Positions 5,985 through 14,922 of a DNA stretch of 64,000 bases are shown here, in pieces. The stretch lies in contig CAZUTV010000002.1 of assembly GCA_964623495.1 (NCBI GenBank), forward strand, positions 18,789 to 82,788. Reading direction: 5' to 3'. A program made the translations under genes and the position numbers. Each line of letters starts with the position of its first letter. Within the stretch, counting starts at the first letter, position 1. Under the pieces are notes generated by a model, which was not told the origin of the DNA, ran no database searches, and saw only the letters and a list, made by a program, of their open reading frames with translations. Origin of the DNA: Candidatus Woesearchaeota archaeon (GTDB lineage: Archaea > Nanobdellota > Nanobdellia > Pacearchaeales > GW2011-AR1).

Positions 5985-6395
5985 TTATTTGTCTTGCTTT
6001 TTAAATGTGGGCATTGGAATATGTAAAGGCAATCCCATATCCTCTTCTAATTGCAGGGCCTTCAGGCTTGATTTTTTTATAATTATGTTAAAGAGGGTAA
6101 TATTAAACTCTTCTGGAATCTTTTTATCTTTCCAGTTTTTTAAGACTTCTTTAGAAAGTTTAGGGTCCACTGCAAGAAGCAGGCTGCCGCTTATCTCCAG
6201 CTTTGCAAAACCCGGATCATAGGAGATAACAAAAGAGTATTTAATCCCTAAAAGTTCCTCTCTTAACTTAAAGACATCTGAATCAACGCTTTCAATTTCA
6301 AGAACATTGATCTGTGTGTTGATCTTAAGGTTTTCTGGCTTATTTGAAAGCTTTTCAACACTTATCCTATCAAAATTAAAACCAATTATTTTCAT
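5985..6395 (-). CDS. Hypothetical protein
   Basis: 136-aa ORF with a K/I/E-rich composition typical of this genome; no motif recognised. Confidence 0.45.
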   Translation of the reverse strand: MKIIGFNFDRISVEKLSNKPENLKINTQINVLEIESVDSDVFKLREELLGIKYSFVISYDPGFAKLEISGSLLLAVDPKLSKEVLKNWKDKKIPEEFNITLFNIIIKKSSLKALQLEEDMGLPLHIPMPTFKKQDK

Positions 6396-6505
6396 TTTAT
6401 TAAAATCGAAGGAGTATTTTTAAAGATTTGTGTTTTTTGTGAAAAGAAAAAGAGCAGATGCTTGTCTTAAATAAAAAATACTCTCATTAAGGAATATGTA
6501 GAAAA

Positions 6506-6766
6506 TTATATCAAATCCTCTTCAGAAACAATGATAAAGTCACCAATAGCGATTATGGCACTATAAGGCACAAGTAAGTCCCCGGAAGAAGTCTTTTCAA
6601 GGTTAAGGTTTCTGGTATATAAGGTTGAGTCGCGAATAACAAGGTTAATAAGCTCGCCAGAACGAGTTTCAAAGGTTATGTCCCTAACAAATCCAAGCCT
6701 TTTTCCCTCTTTTGTGACTATCATTTTACCGACAAGGGCATTGAATGGGTTTTTGTTTTCTTGCAT
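6506..6766 (-). CDS. PRC-barrel domain protein
   Basis: 86 aa; LVGKMIVTKEGKRLGFVRDITFETRSGELINLVI followed by LVPYSAIIAIGDFIIV matches the archaeal PRC-barrel pattern. Confidence 0.5.
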   Translation of the reverse strand: MQENKNPFNALVGKMIVTKEGKRLGFVRDITFETRSGELINLVIRDSTLYTRNLNLEKTSSGDLLVPYSAIIAIGDFIIVSEEDLI

Positions 6767-6879
6767 GGTAATTTTAGAGGTAATTCATTTATAAACTTTT
6801 CTGTAAATGTATATAGATTTAAGGAGATATAGGTCATAACACTAAGAGGTTAATAAGAAAATTTGAAAAGAGGGAAAAC

Positions 6880-7290
6880 ACACCCACCCCTTCTTTTCTT
6901 ATAGAAACCTTTATAAAGAAAAATTTAACTTTTTTATGTTTTTATTTTATTTTTATGATTTTCTATAGTATAGTATATATATTATTTATTTTTATTAAAA
7001 AATATAAAAGATATTGATTTATTTGAGCACATTAACTTATTTTAAAAATGATTTAATTAATTTAGAAGGTATTAAATAATTGGGAAAGGCAAAAAGAACT
7101 CCAGCTAAACCAAAATAAGCTTTTCCACTAGAAATTTAGGTGTTTTTCTTTTTGAGTGGTTATGATACTTTAAATAAACCCCCCTTTATTTTTCGTTAAT
7201 AATTTTCCAAAGGAAAAGTTTTCCATCGGAAATAATAGTGTGGGTAATGGGCTTTTTATAAGGCTTTCACACCAAAATTTTTAAAGGGGT
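6880..7290. promoter_or_regulatory. Predicted chromosomal replication origin (oriC): AT-rich unwinding region plus three ORB-like elements upstream of orc1/cdc6
   Basis: An extremely AT-rich tract lies at about 6900-7070. Three ORB-like elements of form TTCCA-N3-GGAAA follow: TTCCACTAGAAA (7123-7134), TTCCAAAGGAAA (7205-7216) and TTCCATCGGAAA (7221-7232). The last is followed by a G-rich GTGTGGGTAATGGG. cdc6 starts at 7300. Confidence 0.6.
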
Positions 7291-7299
7291 TGAAATAAG

Positions 7300-8550
7300 A
7301 TGAAAAAGGATATAGATCATATTTTTGATTCTTTTGATAAGGAATCTCTGTTTAGAGACAAATCCCTATTACAGATTAACCATATTCCTAGCGAGATAGT
7401 TCATAGAGACGATCAAATTAAACAAATTGCGTCTATACTTGCTCCTGTTTTAAGAGGGGAGAAAACAAGCAATTTATTCCTTTATGGCAACACCGGTACA
7501 GGAAAGACCCTTTCTGTTCTATTTGTCAAAGATCATTTAATTAAAAGAGCGGATAAGAACGACGTTAAACTTAAAATAGAATATCTTAACTGCAAACTTA
7601 AGAAGGTTTCTGATACAGAGTACAGGATTCTTGCAGAGCTTATTAAGAAGTTGGGAAGTGAGGTGCCTCAAACAGGGCTGCCAACAGAAGCGGTTTATAG
7701 TAAATTTATTGATGTTGTTGATAAAGATAAACAGCTTGTTGTGCTTATTTTAGATGAGATAGACCAGGCCGTGAAGAAGATCTCGAGTGATTTCCTTTAC
7801 AATTTAACAAGATTAAATTCAGAACTCTCTAAATCTCAAATCTGTCTTGTTGGAATAAGCAACGATTTAACGTTTTTAGAGGAGCTTGATCCAAGGGTGA
7901 AGAGTTCGCTTTCAGAGGAAGAGATAGTCTTTTCCCCCTATAATGCACTCCAACTTCAAGACATCTTAACAAAGAGGGCCGAGAAAGCCTTTAAAGAGGG
8001 GGTTGTACAGCAGGGCGTTATTGCCAAATGTGCGGCTTATGCTGCCAGAGAGCATGGAGATGCGAGAAGAGCATTGGATCTGCTGAGGATAGCAGGAGAA
8101 CTGGCTGAGAGAGAGACTTCTAAAAAAATAACTTTAAAGAATATTGATGACGCCAATCAAAAAATTGAAAGAGATAAGATCTTAGAATCTATAAAAATTC
8201 AGCCCAAACAATTTCAGCTTGTTTTATACGCGATCATTAAACTTCAAGAAGCAAGAAAAAAAGGTGGGGGTGGGCAGAAGACCCTTAATTCTGGGACGAA
8301 AGGAGAGCCCATTTTTACTGGCGATGTTTTTGATTCATACCAGCAGTTATGCCTGCAGAACAAGTTAGAGGTTTTGACACAGAGAAGGGTTGGAGATATT
8401 TTGCAGGATTTTGATATGCTCGGAATAATCAGTGTGAGGGTGATTTCAAAAGGGAGAGGGGGAAGAATGAGGGAAATTAAACTAGCTATCTCTGATCCAA
8501 TTGTTGGCAAGGCAAAAGAGATCATTCAAGAATCATTAAATTACCATTAA
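7300..8550 (+). CDS. cdc6: Orc1/Cdc6 replication initiator (AAA+ ATPase with C-terminal winged helix)
   Basis: 416 aa. Walker A is LYGNTGTGKT, Walker B is LILDEID, sensor and wH regions are present, and the gene sits beside ORB elements. Confidence 0.92.
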   Translation: MKKDIDHIFDSFDKESLFRDKSLLQINHIPSEIVHRDDQIKQIASILAPVLRGEKTSNLFLYGNTGTGKTLSVLFVKDHLIKRADKNDVKLKIEYLNCKLKKVSDTEYRILAELIKKLGSEVPQTGLPTEAVYSKFIDVVDKDKQLVVLILDEIDQAVKKISSDFLYNLTRLNSELSKSQICLVGISNDLTFLEELDPRVKSSLSEEEIVFSPYNALQLQDILTKRAEKAFKEGVVQQGVIAKCAAYAAREHGDARRALDLLRIAGELAERETSKKITLKNIDDANQKIERDKILESIKIQPKQFQLVLYAIIKLQEARKKGGGGQKTLNSGTKGEPIFTGDVFDSYQQLCLQNKLEVLTQRRVGDILQDFDMLGIISVRVISKGRGGRMREIKLAISDPIVGKAKEIIQESLNYH

Positions 8551-8608
8551 ATAGAGGAAAAATGAAAGAGGAGTATGGCAAAAAATTCATGCTCCATTTG
8601 CAAATAAA

Positions 8609-8633
8609 TAGGGATGAAAATGAAAGATGAGTG
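8609..8633 (+). promoter_or_regulatory. Conserved leader element AGGGA(TG)AAAATGAAAGATGAGTGA (copy A), overlapping the start of the HIT gene
   Basis: Nearly identical to 39198-39219. It contains the mini-ORF ATG AAA GAT GAG TGA (MKDE-stop), whose stop overlaps the annotated start ATGAGTGA. Confidence 0.45.
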
Positions 8634-9070
8634 ACGAAAAAAAATGTGTGTTTTGTGACATAAAAGAGAGCATTAATACCCGGATAATTGAAGAAACAAA
8701 AAACACTTATACTATTTTGAGCAATCCTGCATTAATGAAAGGACATTGCCTTGTGATCCCAAAAAAACATGTTGAAAGTTTATCTGAGCTAAATGACGAT
8801 GTTAGGCAAGAGCTTTTTGAACAGGTAGTTAGGATGCAGTCCTTATTGATAAGGAAATTCATGGGCTGTGATATAAGGCAGAATTACCGGCCTTTCCAGA
8901 AACAAGACGATCTTAAGATAAATCATCTTTATATCCATCTTCAACCGAGAGAGCTTTATGATGAACTTTATGAAAAGTGCATGATCTATGAAAAAGATGT
9001 TTTTAAAAAACTGAGCCAGGAGCAGTTAGATGAAGATAAAGAATTTGTTTTGAGAGAAGTGAAAGTATAA
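8627..9070 (+). CDS. HIT-family (histidine triad) hydrolase
   Basis: 147 aa. The N-terminal CVFCDI...GHCLVIPKKH plus a triad region NHLYIHLQPR (variant of HxHxHxx). Confidence 0.65.
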   Translation: MSDEKKCVFCDIKESINTRIIEETKNTYTILSNPALMKGHCLVIPKKHVESLSELNDDVRQELFEQVVRMQSLLIRKFMGCDIRQNYRPFQKQDDLKINHLYIHLQPRELYDELYEKCMIYEKDVFKKLSQEQLDEDKEFVLREVKV

Positions 9071-9104
9071 TCGGCCTTTTTAAAAGAAAGTTCCCAAAAC
9101 CAAA

Positions 9105-10649
9105 ATGGAATCAAAAGAGATATTGAAATTTCTGATGCAGCAAGGTTTGTTAGTGGATAAAGAACTCCTAAAGATCTTTAGTGATGAAGAAGATCTTGAT
9201 TCTGTTAAACTTATTGTTGAAAAACTTAAAAATTCTACACACCAAAAGATAATCACCAAAGAGGTTTTAGAAAGAAACAAAGATCAGGTGGGAGTTATAC
9301 TCTCTTCATTACCCCAAGAAAATCAGGAAAAGCTAGAAAGTTTGAAAATCAAGCTTGGACTGACTTTGGAGATTTCCAAGGAAGTCATTTTAAAGAAAGA
9401 GGAAGAAAAGCCAATTTTGAATGAGGGTTCTGTGAGAGTCCAGGCTATGAATTATCCTTTAGGGAAGAAGTTTGAGGTCAAAGACTTTGTGGCTTATTTT
9501 AGGAATCGTTTTGCAGAAATTAGGGGGGTTTTGCAAGATCATTCTGTGTTGGACAATTTAGTTTCTATAAACAAGATTTCCGGTAACAGACAAGGAATTT
9601 CTGTTATTGGGTTAGTTTATGCTAAGGCAGTCACAAAAAACCAGAACATAATTTTTGAGATAGAAGATCTAACTGGAAAGATAAAGGTGTTGGTGAATAA
9701 GAGCAAAGAGGAGTTGCATAAGAAGGCTTTAGAGATTCCTCTTGATGCAGTTGTTGGATTTAAGTGTGCTGGAAATCGGGAAATACTTTTTGTTAATGAT
9801 ATTGTTTTTCCGGAGGCTGTTTTGCTTGAAAGAAAGAAGTCCCCTGTTGAAGAATGTGCAATTTTTATTAGTGATGTGCACATGGGGAGCAAGAACTTTA
9901 TGCGCGATGGATTTATGAGGCTTATGGAGTACCTAAATAATCACCCAGAATCCAAGAAGATAAAATATCTTTTTATTGTGGGAGATCTGATTACCGGGGT
10001 TGGAAATTATCCCGATCAGGAGAAAGATCTCGCAATTGTCAATTTAGAAGATCAATATACTTCTGCTGCAGAGCTTCTTGGAAAAATCCGAAAAGATATC
10101 AAAATTATCATCTCCCCCGGAAATCATGAAGGAGTTAGGTTAATGGAACCACAACCTTTATTTGATGAGAAATATGCTTGGGCACTGTATGACCTTGAAA
10201 ATGTGTTGCTTGTAGGGAATCCCGCAATAGTGAATATAGGTGCTGTTCCGGGGTTTAATGGATTTAATGTTTTACTTTACCATGGATTTTCGTATCCTTT
10301 CTTTGCAGATAGTGTTTCGAGGCTTAAAGAAGAGAAGGCAATGAACTCTCCCGAAAAAATAATGACTTATTTGTTAAAATTTAGGCATCTTGCCCCAACT
10401 CACGGCAGCGTGCAATATTTTCCTGGAGAAACCGACTGCCACTTTATTAGAGACATTCCAGATATCTTTGTTTCTGGGCATACACACAAGAGCGCAGTGA
10501 CTTACTATAATAATGTCCTGGTTATCTCTGGATCTTCTTGGGAAACCTTGACCCCTTATCAAGAAAAGTTTGGGAATACCCCAGACCATTGTAAAGTTCC
10601 TTTAATAAATTTGAAGACGCGCGAGGTGAAAATACTTGATTTTGAGTAA
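9105..10649 (+). CDS. DNA polymerase II (PolD) small subunit DP1 (Mre11-like phosphoesterase/exonuclease subunit)
   Basis: 514 aa. The calcineurin-like metallophosphatase motifs are DVHMG, FIVGDLITGVG, SPGNHEG and SGHTHK; there is an N-terminal OB-like region. Confidence 0.9.
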   Translation: MESKEILKFLMQQGLLVDKELLKIFSDEEDLDSVKLIVEKLKNSTHQKIITKEVLERNKDQVGVILSSLPQENQEKLESLKIKLGLTLEISKEVILKKEEEKPILNEGSVRVQAMNYPLGKKFEVKDFVAYFRNRFAEIRGVLQDHSVLDNLVSINKISGNRQGISVIGLVYAKAVTKNQNIIFEIEDLTGKIKVLVNKSKEELHKKALEIPLDAVVGFKCAGNREILFVNDIVFPEAVLLERKKSPVEECAIFISDVHMGSKNFMRDGFMRLMEYLNNHPESKKIKYLFIVGDLITGVGNYPDQEKDLAIVNLEDQYTSAAELLGKIRKDIKIIISPGNHEGVRLMEPQPLFDEKYAWALYDLENVLLVGNPAIVNIGAVPGFNGFNVLLYHGFSYPFFADSVSRLKEEKAMNSPEKIMTYLLKFRHLAPTHGSVQYFPGETDCHFIRDIPDIFVSGHTHKSAVTYYNNVLVISGSSWETLTPYQEKFGNTPDHCKVPLINLKTREVKILDFE

Positions 10650-10669
10650 GATGGGAGGGAAGATGAAAG

Positions 10670-10897
10670 ATGGATAACAAACATATTGTTGCTGTGACCG
10701 GGATTGTGATTAAAGACGGAAAGTTTCTTATTACGAGGAGAAATCTGAATAAGAAAGCATTTCCGGGCAAGTGGACTGTGCCTGGCGGAAGACTTGAGGT
10801 GGAAGATTATATCCGTCTCCCTAAGGATACTAAAGACCATTGGTATAATGTTCTTGAGAATGTTTTGAAAAGAGAGGTAATGGAGAAACTAGGATGA
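10670..10897 (+). CDS. Truncated NUDIX-hydrolase-like ORF (N-terminal half only; possible gene remnant)
   Basis: 75 aa; IVAVTGIVIKDGKFLITRR...GKWTVPGGRLEVED...REVMEKLG aligns with the N-terminal half of the full NUDIX at 60654..61070. It ends in an ATGA overlap with the PolD large subunit start. Confidence 0.4.
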   Translation: MDNKHIVAVTGIVIKDGKFLITRRNLNKKAFPGKWTVPGGRLEVEDYIRLPKDTKDHWYNVLENVLKREVMEKLG

Positions 10898-13800
10898 ACA
10901 CGCAAGAATACTTCAAAAATTTGGAAAAGGAAGTTAAGAAGGTTTATGAAATAGCTCAAAAAGCCAAAGATACTGGATTAGATCCCAGCGACAAGGTAGA
11001 AATCCCTCTTGCAATGAGCATGGCTGAAAAAGTTGTTGGATTAATATCTACAATTTATCCGCAGATGGAGAATAGTGGGATAGCTAAGAGGATTCTCGAG
11101 TTAGAGAGAGAGTATGGAAAATTAGATCCTACTGTTTCTTTTAAGATTGCCGAGGAGGTTGCAAAGCAGAAGTTCTGCCAATTCAAGAGTGTTTTAGAGG
11201 CTGTGGATGCAGGGATAAGAATTGGTTTCGCCTATGCCACTCTTGGCGTGGTATCTTCGCCAATTGAGGGATATACTGGGATACAGCTTGGTAAAAGAGC
11301 AGACGGAGGAGAGTATCTGATCGCAAATTTTTCTGGACCAATAAGAAGTGCAGGAACAACTGCAAGCTGTCTCGTTTTAATCTTAATAGATTTTTTAAGA
11401 GAGATGTTTGGTTATCAGAAGTATGACGCTACAGAAGAAGAAGCTAAAAGATATGTTATTGAACTTACAGACTATCATGAAAGAATAACTAATCTTCAGT
11501 ATATGCCCACCGAACAGGAAATTTTATTCCTTGCAAAGAATCTTCCGATACAAATCTCTGGAGAGGAATCAGAGAAGATCGAGGTTTCTAATTTTAAGCA
11601 CCTTCCAAGAATCAATACCGGCTTTATCCGCGGGGGAGTTTGCCTTATTATGGGGGAGGGTCTGGCGCAGAAAGCTGCCAAAGGATTTAGACTTTTGACT
11701 ATGGTAAAGAAGAATGGAATTGTGGCGAGCGGTTTTGATTTTCTGCCCGATTATGTCAAATTACATGAGAAAAGAGATAAAGGAAAGACAGATAGCTCTC
11801 CGACTTACATCAAGGATTTGGTTGCAGGGAGGCCGGTTTTTGGACATCCTTCAAGATCAGGAGGGTTTAGGTTTAGATATGGGAGGGGGAGAGTTTCTGG
11901 ATTTAGTGCAACTTCAATGCATCCTGCAACAATGGCAATTGTTGATCATTTTATTGCAACAGGAACTCAACTTAAGGTTGAAAAGCCGACAAAAGGGTGT
12001 GTTGTCACTTCCTGCGATTCGGTTGACGGACCAATAGTAAAACTTTTTAGCGGAAGTGTTAAGAAAGTGAGGAGCCAGGATGAAGCAAAGAGATTTTATC
12101 CTGATGTTGAAGAGATTATTTATTTGGGAGATATACTCTTTCCGTTTAGCGATGTTGCAAATAGGAATGCAGAGCTTATCAGGCCAGGATATGTTCCGGA
12201 ATGGTGGTATTTGGAGTTAAAGAATAAAAATAAAGATTATGGTGGAGATTATTTTAATGTTTCCCTAGAACAAGCGATTTCTTTTAGTAAAGATTATGAA
12301 ATTCCCTTGCATCCAGAGTATATCTTTTACTGGAATGAAATAAATATTGAAGGATTTTTGGGATTAATTGAGTGGCTTAAAAACTCGAGGATAGCCAAGA
12401 AAATAATCTTTCCTTATAATAAATCAGAGCAAGAAAAATTTAAGCTCGGTAAGAGATCTTTAGAACTTTTGGGCGTTGAACACGAGGTTACTGTGGAGAA
12501 TGTTGTTCTTAATGAGGAAGCAAGCAAGGCTTTATGTGTTAATCTTGGAATTGATCCCGAGATCTTGGAAAATGATGGCTTTTTAAGAGACTTTTTTGAT
12601 TTTGAAGCCTTCAAGATAAATTTAGAGGCTCAACCTCTTGAAATAGTGAATTCTTTATCTAGTTTTAAGATTAAGGATAAGTCCGGAGAGTTTATTGGGG
12701 CTAGAATGGGGAGGCCTGAAAAAGCAAAGTTGAGAAAGCTTACCGGGAGCCCGAATGTTCTTTTTCCTGTCGGAAATGAAGGCGGAAGAGTGAGGAGTGT
12801 TAATGAGGCTTGCAATGTTGGGAGTGTTAGGGGGTCTTTTCCAAATTATTTCTGCGAGAGGTGTGGTAAGGAAACCATATATCCAAGTTGTGAAAATTGT
12901 GGCAGCAAGTGCAAAAGAAGATTTCTTGAGTTATTTGAGGGAAAAGGAAAAGTTTCCTATCAAAATCTGAATTTGGATATAAATCATTTTTTTAATAAGG
13001 CTGTTGAAAAGTTAAACTTGTCAAAAGAGGAGATTCCTGCTTTGATAAAGGGGGTTAGAGGATTGTCTTCTGATGGGAAAGAAGTTGAGCATCTTGCTAA
13101 GGGAATTCTAAGATCTATTTACGGCTTGCAAGTCAATAAAGATGGGACAATAAGATATGATGTTACTGAGCTGCCTTTGGTTTGTTTTAAACCCAAAGAA
13201 GTTTTTGTAAGCGTTGAAAAACTGAAAAGCCTCGGATATAACGAAGATATTTATGGGAAAGAACTTGTTAGTGGGGAGCAGATTTTGGAGTTAAAACCCC
13301 ATGACATTGTTCTTCCCGCTTGCCCAGAATCTTTGGACGAGAAGGCAGATGACGTTTTTTTAAGGGTTGCGAGTTTTGTTGACGAAGAACTTGTGAGATT
13401 TTATGGCTTAGAGCCGTTTCATAGGGTTAGAAAAAGAGAGGACTTGGTGGGACAGTTAGGGGTTTGCATGGCCCCACATAATTGTGCAGGAGTTATCTGC
13501 AGGTTTATTGGGTTTTCTAACACTTTAGGACTGCTTGCAAGCCCGTATATGCATGCTGCAATAAGGAGAGACTGTGATGGAGATGAAGCTGCGATTATGC
13601 TGCTTAGTGACGTATTGCTTAATTTTTCAAGAAAATTTCTTCCTAGCCATAGAGGAGGAACCCAAGATGCCCCCCTTGTGCTAAACGCAAAGATTGATGC
13701 AGGAGAGGTTGATGATCAGATCTTGGATTTTGAATTTTTATATGAATATCCTCTGCAACTTTATGAGCTTGCTGAGAGGAAAGAGCATTCTTCTAAGGTG

Positions 13801-14322
13801 GATTTTTATAATGTAAGAAAGATTTTGAAAGAAGGAAAAGATCCGTTTATCGGTGCAGGATTTACCCATAATACTGAAGATTTTAATGACGGCGTTTTAT
13901 GCTCGAGTTATAAAACTCTTGCGACAATGCAGGACAAAGTCGGGCATCAGATGGAGTTAGTTGAAAAGATAAGGGCTGCTGATACAGAGGACACTGCAAG
14001 ACTTATTATTGATAGGCATTTTATGAGAGATATTAAGGGAAATTTAAGGGAATTTTCTCTGCAAAATTTCAGATGCGTCGCATGCAACGAGATAATGAGG
14101 AGGCCCCCTCTAACAGGAGTTTGCTCTGCCTGCGGAGGAAAAATAATTTTTACAGTTAATGAAGGTGGAATAAGGAAGTATCTTGACCCTGCAATAGAGC
14201 TAACAAAGAAGTATAATCTCTCGGGATATGTCAAGCAAAATCTTGAACTTGTTAAGAGTTTTGTTGATAGTATTTTTGGGAGAGAATTGGAAAAGCAAGA
14301 AAGCATAAGCAAGTGGTTTTGA
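10894..14322 (+). CDS. DNA polymerase II (PolD) large catalytic subunit DP2
   Basis: 1142 aa. The N-terminus MNTQEYFKNLEKEVKKVYEIAQKAKDTGLDPSDKVEIPLA resembles known DP2 N-termini. There are two Cys4 Zn clusters (CERCGKETIYPSCENCGSKC and CVACNE...CSACGG) and conserved acidic catalytic blocks. No intein is evident. Confidence 0.92.
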   Translation: MNTQEYFKNLEKEVKKVYEIAQKAKDTGLDPSDKVEIPLAMSMAEKVVGLISTIYPQMENSGIAKRILELEREYGKLDPTVSFKIAEEVAKQKFCQFKSVLEAVDAGIRIGFAYATLGVVSSPIEGYTGIQLGKRADGGEYLIANFSGPIRSAGTTASCLVLILIDFLREMFGYQKYDATEEEAKRYVIELTDYHERITNLQYMPTEQEILFLAKNLPIQISGEESEKIEVSNFKHLPRINTGFIRGGVCLIMGEGLAQKAAKGFRLLTMVKKNGIVASGFDFLPDYVKLHEKRDKGKTDSSPTYIKDLVAGRPVFGHPSRSGGFRFRYGRGRVSGFSATSMHPATMAIVDHFIATGTQLKVEKPTKGCVVTSCDSVDGPIVKLFSGSVKKVRSQDEAKRFYPDVEEIIYLGDILFPFSDVANRNAELIRPGYVPEWWYLELKNKNKDYGGDYFNVSLEQAISFSKDYEIPLHPEYIFYWNEINIEGFLGLIEWLKNSRIAKKIIFPYNKSEQEKFKLGKRSLELLGVEHEVTVENVVLNEEASKALCVNLGIDPEILENDGFLRDFFDFEAFKINLEAQPLEIVNSLSSFKIKDKSGEFIGARMGRPEKAKLRKLTGSPNVLFPVGNEGGRVRSVNEACNVGSVRGSFPNYFCERCGKETIYPSCENCGSKCKRRFLELFEGKGKVSYQNLNLDINHFFNKAVEKLNLSKEEIPALIKGVRGLSSDGKEVEHLAKGILRSIYGLQVNKDGTIRYDVTELPLVCFKPKEVFVSVEKLKSLGYNEDIYGKELVSGEQILELKPHDIVLPACPESLDEKADDVFLRVASFVDEELVRFYGLEPFHRVRKREDLVGQLGVCMAPHNCAGVICRFIGFSNTLGLLASPYMHAAIRRDCDGDEAAIMLLSDVLLNFSRKFLPSHRGGTQDAPLVLNAKIDAGEVDDQILDFEFLYEYPLQLYELAERKEHSSKVDFYNVRKILKEGKDPFIGAGFTHNTEDFNDGVLCSSYKTLATMQDKVGHQMELVEKIRAADTEDTARLIIDRHFMRDIKGNLREFSLQNFRCVACNEIMRRPPLTGVCSACGGKIIFTVNEGGIRKYLDPAIELTKKYNLSGYVKQNLELVKSFVDSIFGRELEKQESISKWF

Positions 14323-14438
14323 TTATTTTCTGAAAGATTGAAAGAATAAAACCCCACCAATAATCATTAAAGCTAAAGACAAGAAAAAACTTATGCTTAT
14401 TGCTGAAGAGTTTATTGCTATGACGTTGCCTGTTGGAG

Positions 14439-14876
14439 CTACAGTTTCTTCATAAAGAATAAAAAAAGACCTGCAAGGATGAAGAGGAATGATGAGAGTT
14501 TGGTGACGAGACCGGTTTTCTCCTTTTTCTCGCGTTCTCTCATCATTCTTCTTCCCTCTCTTGTTAAGAGATATCGGTCGTCTATTATATGGGAGAATTC
14601 TCCCGTAATGGTTCCTGTTTTGCCATATCTACTCCTTCTTAGTATACCTTGATTTTCTAATTCCTTTAATGTTGCCATTACTCTATATTCTTCTGCTTTT
14701 GTTTTAGGTTTTTGTCTTAGTATCATGTAATTTCTTGCATCCCACCCTTCAGGAGACCCTGGCTGCTCTCTATGTGGTGGATAGTGTATGTAGAAAAAAT
14801 CTAAGAGTTCTTTTTGATCGGCATTTAGATCTTCCCAACTAACCCTTTCTTTCTCTTTTCTCTCAAACAATCCCAT
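14439..14876 (-). CDS. Membrane-anchored winged-helix protein (wHTH plus C-terminal TM helix)
   Basis: 145 aa. The wHTH-like segment is MATLKELENQGILRRSRYGKTGTITGEFSHIIDDRYLLTREG. The C-terminal segment LSSFLFILAGLFLFFM is hydrophobic. Confidence 0.45.
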   Translation of the reverse strand: MGLFERKEKERVSWEDLNADQKELLDFFYIHYPPHREQPGSPEGWDARNYMILRQKPKTKAEEYRVMATLKELENQGILRRSRYGKTGTITGEFSHIIDDRYLLTREGRRMMREREKKEKTGLVTKLSSFLFILAGLFLFFMKKL

Positions 14877-14922
14877 TTTATATTAAATTCCTTATTTCTT
14901 TTAAATATTTCCATGCTTCTTA

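Noticed and set aside
13947-14360. 137-aa minus-strand ORF overlapping the 3' end of the PolD large subunit
   Set aside because: It is antisense to a highly conserved coding region and has a low-complexity hydrophobic product, so it is a spurious overlap ORF. The same judgement applies to 8244..8525, 9617..9892, 10374..10840, 11183..12037, 12414..12815, 15311..15715, 16549..16930, 21893..22205, 23001..24170, 24731..25186, 25483..25792, 26118..26545, 27124..27411, 30463..30966, 31162..31470, 31915..32562, 34669..35361, 36942..37205, 38355..38600, 46792..47760, 50045..50643 and 52087..56525.
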